Positions 55,536 to 56,667 of a DNA stretch of 56,667 bases are shown piece by piece (position 1 is the first letter of the stretch; every line of letters begins with the position of its first letter). Origin of the DNA: an uncultured Bacilli bacterium. GTDB lineage: Bacteria > Bacillota_I > Bacilli_A > RF39 > UBA660. A program made the translations under genes and the position numbers. Location of the stretch: assembly GCA_947623625.1 (NCBI GenBank), contig CANQHD010000001.1, positions 1 through 56,667 on the forward strand, given 5' to 3'. Below the pieces are notes generated by a model, which did no database searches, was not told the DNA's origin, and saw only the letters and a list, made by a program, of their open reading frames with translations.

Positions 55536-55591
55536 GGCGAGATAGCTCAGTTGGCTAGAGCGTTCGGTTCATACCCGTTGGGCTACTCGCC
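55536..55591 (+). pseudogene. degenerate tRNA-Met-like copy lacking the T-arm and CCA
   Basis: GGCGAGA-TA-GCTC-AGTTGGCTA-GAGC-G-TTCGG-TTCATAC-CCGTT-GGGCT-ACTCGCC. It has normal acceptor 5' strand, D-arm and CAT loop. It has only 3 bp in the anticodon stem, no T-arm, and is followed by GAGA rather than a discriminator plus CCA. Confidence 0.55.
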
Positions 55592-55606
55592 GAGATAATT
55601 CAATAT

Positions 55607-55683
55607 GGCAAGATAATTCAACTGGCTAGAATGTCCGGTTCATACCCGGAATGTTGGGGGTTCGAGTCCCTCTCTTGCTACCA
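55607..55683 (+). tRNA. tRNA-Met (CAT, elongator-like) with unusual A/T D-stem, CCA encoded
   Basis: GGCAAGA-TA-ATTC-AACTGGCTA-GAAT-G-TCCGG-TTCATAC-CCGGA-ATGTT-GGGGG-TTCGAGT-CCCTC-TCTTGCT-A-CCA; G1:T72 wobble. Confidence 0.75.
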
Positions 55684-55695
55684 ATTTGAAATTTT

Positions 55696-55724
55696 AGAGT
55701 GTCGATTTTGACACTCTTTTTTTT
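55696..55724 (+). terminator. rho-independent terminator after tRNA-Met
   Basis: 8-bp stem AGAGTGTC/GACACTCT, 6-nt loop, T8 run. Confidence 0.7.
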
Positions 55725-55727
55725 GCG

Positions 55728-55751
55728 TTGTGCCATAAAATTGTGCCATAA
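55728..55751. repeat. direct repeat TTGTGCCATAA x2 (13-bp period) between tRNA-Met and the integrase gene
   Basis: Read directly at 55728-55738 and 55741-55751. Candidate integrase arm-type sites. Confidence 0.5.
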
Positions 55752-55761
55752 TGGAAATTTT

Positions 55762-56667
55762 TTAACAATTTATTGCTTTTTGTTGCATATTATCAAATAC
55801 ACGAGCACTTGCTTTTTTGTTGTCCTCAAAAGTATGTGTATAAATATTCATTGTGATACTTGCGTCGGCGTGTCCTAATCTTTCGCTAATAGTTTTCGGG
55901 TCAATGCCGTTGCTATTTAAAATACTAGCACAAGTGTGTCTTAATTCGTGAAATGATAATTTTGGTAGGTTGTATTTATTTAATACCCTTTGTAAAATCT
56001 TATTTGTTGTGTCGGGGTGCATATGCTTTCCGTCTTTTGCCGTGAAAACTCTATTTGTACCTAGCCACTTGCTACCTAACTCTTTGATATATTCGTCTTG
56101 CATTTTTTTGTATTCCTTTAAAAGTTCAATAGTGCTACTACTTAAATCAATAGTTCTAACTGAATACTCGGTCTTGGCTTTTGCCTCGTCCACCTCGCCG
56201 TCAATTACTTTTAAAGAGTTATCAATATAAAGTGTTTTGTTGGCAAAGTCAATGTCGTTCCAACGAATAGCACAAAGTTCGCTCCTCCTAATTCCACTAT
56301 CAATGGCTAGAGTAATAAGAGTTTTTGTTTTGATGTCCTCATTTGCTAGGCAATTAAATAACTCTTGTACTTGCTCGTTATTATAAAAATTTCTTTTTCT
56401 TTTAACAAGTTTAGGTTTTGTTGCGTCCTCGTTAGGGTTGCTATCAATAAATTTCCACTTTTTTGCTTGCTTAAACATAATACTAATTAAATTGTAATAG
56501 TGAGACATTGTTTTTGGAGCAAGTTCTTTGCCGTTTACACCAATTTTTAATTTTTGGTATAACTTGTCTAACATAAAAGTGTTAATTTTTTTTAGTTTGA
56601 TGTCGCCAAGTAGTGGCAAAATTCTTTTAAGCATTTGCTCGTAGTCTTTGGTAGTAATTTTGCTTAT
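55762..56667 (-). CDS. tyrosine-type site-specific integrase (phage integrase family), N-terminus beyond the window end
   Basis: Catalytic motifs GIRRSEL (Arg), HELRHTCASIL (HxxR) and LGHADASITMNIYTH (His, Tyr). The frame stays open upstream of the first Met to the window edge. Confidence 0.85.
   Translation of the reverse strand: MSKITTKDYEQMLKRILPLLGDIKLKKINTFMLDKLYQKLKIGVNGKELAPKTMSHYYNLISIMFKQAKKWKFIDSNPNEDATKPKLVKRKRNFYNNEQVQELFNCLANEDIKTKTLITLAIDSGIRRSELCAIRWNDIDFANKTLYIDNSLKVIDGEVDEAKAKTEYSVRTIDLSSSTIELLKEYKKMQDEYIKELGSKWLGTNRVFTAKDGKHMHPDTTNKILQRVLNKYNLPKLSFHELRHTCASILNSNGIDPKTISERLGHADASITMNIYTHTFEDNKKASARVFDNMQQKAINC

Larger units (their letters stand above)
55607..56667. mobile_element. 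probable left end (tRNA-Met att region plus int) of an integrated phage or integrative element continuing beyond the window
   Basis: tRNA gene, tRNA fragments, direct repeats and an inward-facing integrase are arranged as at a typical attL-int junction. The rest of the element is not visible. Confidence 0.5.

Noticed and set aside
55536-55591. First tRNA-Met-like copy; considered as a functional T-armless tRNA
   Set aside because: The anticodon stem has only 3 bp with two T:T mismatches, there is no discriminator plus CCA (every other tRNA here encodes CCA), and an intact copy lies 16 nt downstream. A pseudogene or recombination scar is more parsimonious. It is reported as a finding for testing.

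Overview
Visibly AT-rich (roughly 30% GC by eye, not computed) Firmicutes-type chromosomal segment. T-box control, AddAB, RNase J, a CBS-pyrophosphatase, DUF368 and a bile-salt hydrolase suggest a gut Erysipelotrichia/Clostridia-like organism; that assignment is inference. I support about 50 protein genes, mostly housekeeping: cvpA-trxA, T-box-controlled hisS-aspS, addB-addA, an RsmB/F-type methyltransferase, glyQS, rnc, rnj, pepC, a class B PBP plus mraY, CBS-type family II pyrophosphatase, a DUF368-uppP-ZIP operon, one OmpR-type two-component system, and a hybrid histidine kinase with a distant Hpt-REC protein. There are five intact tRNA genes (Ile2-CAT, Arg-CCG, Leu-CAG, Leu-GAG, Met-CAT) and one degenerate tRNA-Met copy. 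Many intergenic regions carry TTGACA-like -35 / TGnTATAAT extended -10 promoters and clear hairpin terminators. The right end has a scarred tRNA-Met locus followed by a tyrosine integrase that runs off the window. This is most simply the left junction of an integrated element. I found no CRISPR array, rRNA or IS element. I also found no convincing multi-gene defence-type system. The most unusual single loci are: a 398-aa tandem ThyX-like protein with complementary motif loss, a ClpX-like AAA+ ATPase with no zinc finger and a GLVG pore loop, a RhuM-Doc fusion without antitoxin, a double-HTH-metallophosphoesterase fusion, an RNase J with HxHxDH changed to HxHxGN, a TroA/ZnuA-like lipoprotein lacking metal ligands and coupled to yidD, an archaeal-type AspRS in the hisS-aspS slot behind a T-box that looks Asp-specific, and a foreign-looking GC-rich 3' end on the first gene. 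All motif calls and RNA structures were made by eye and need computational confirmation.
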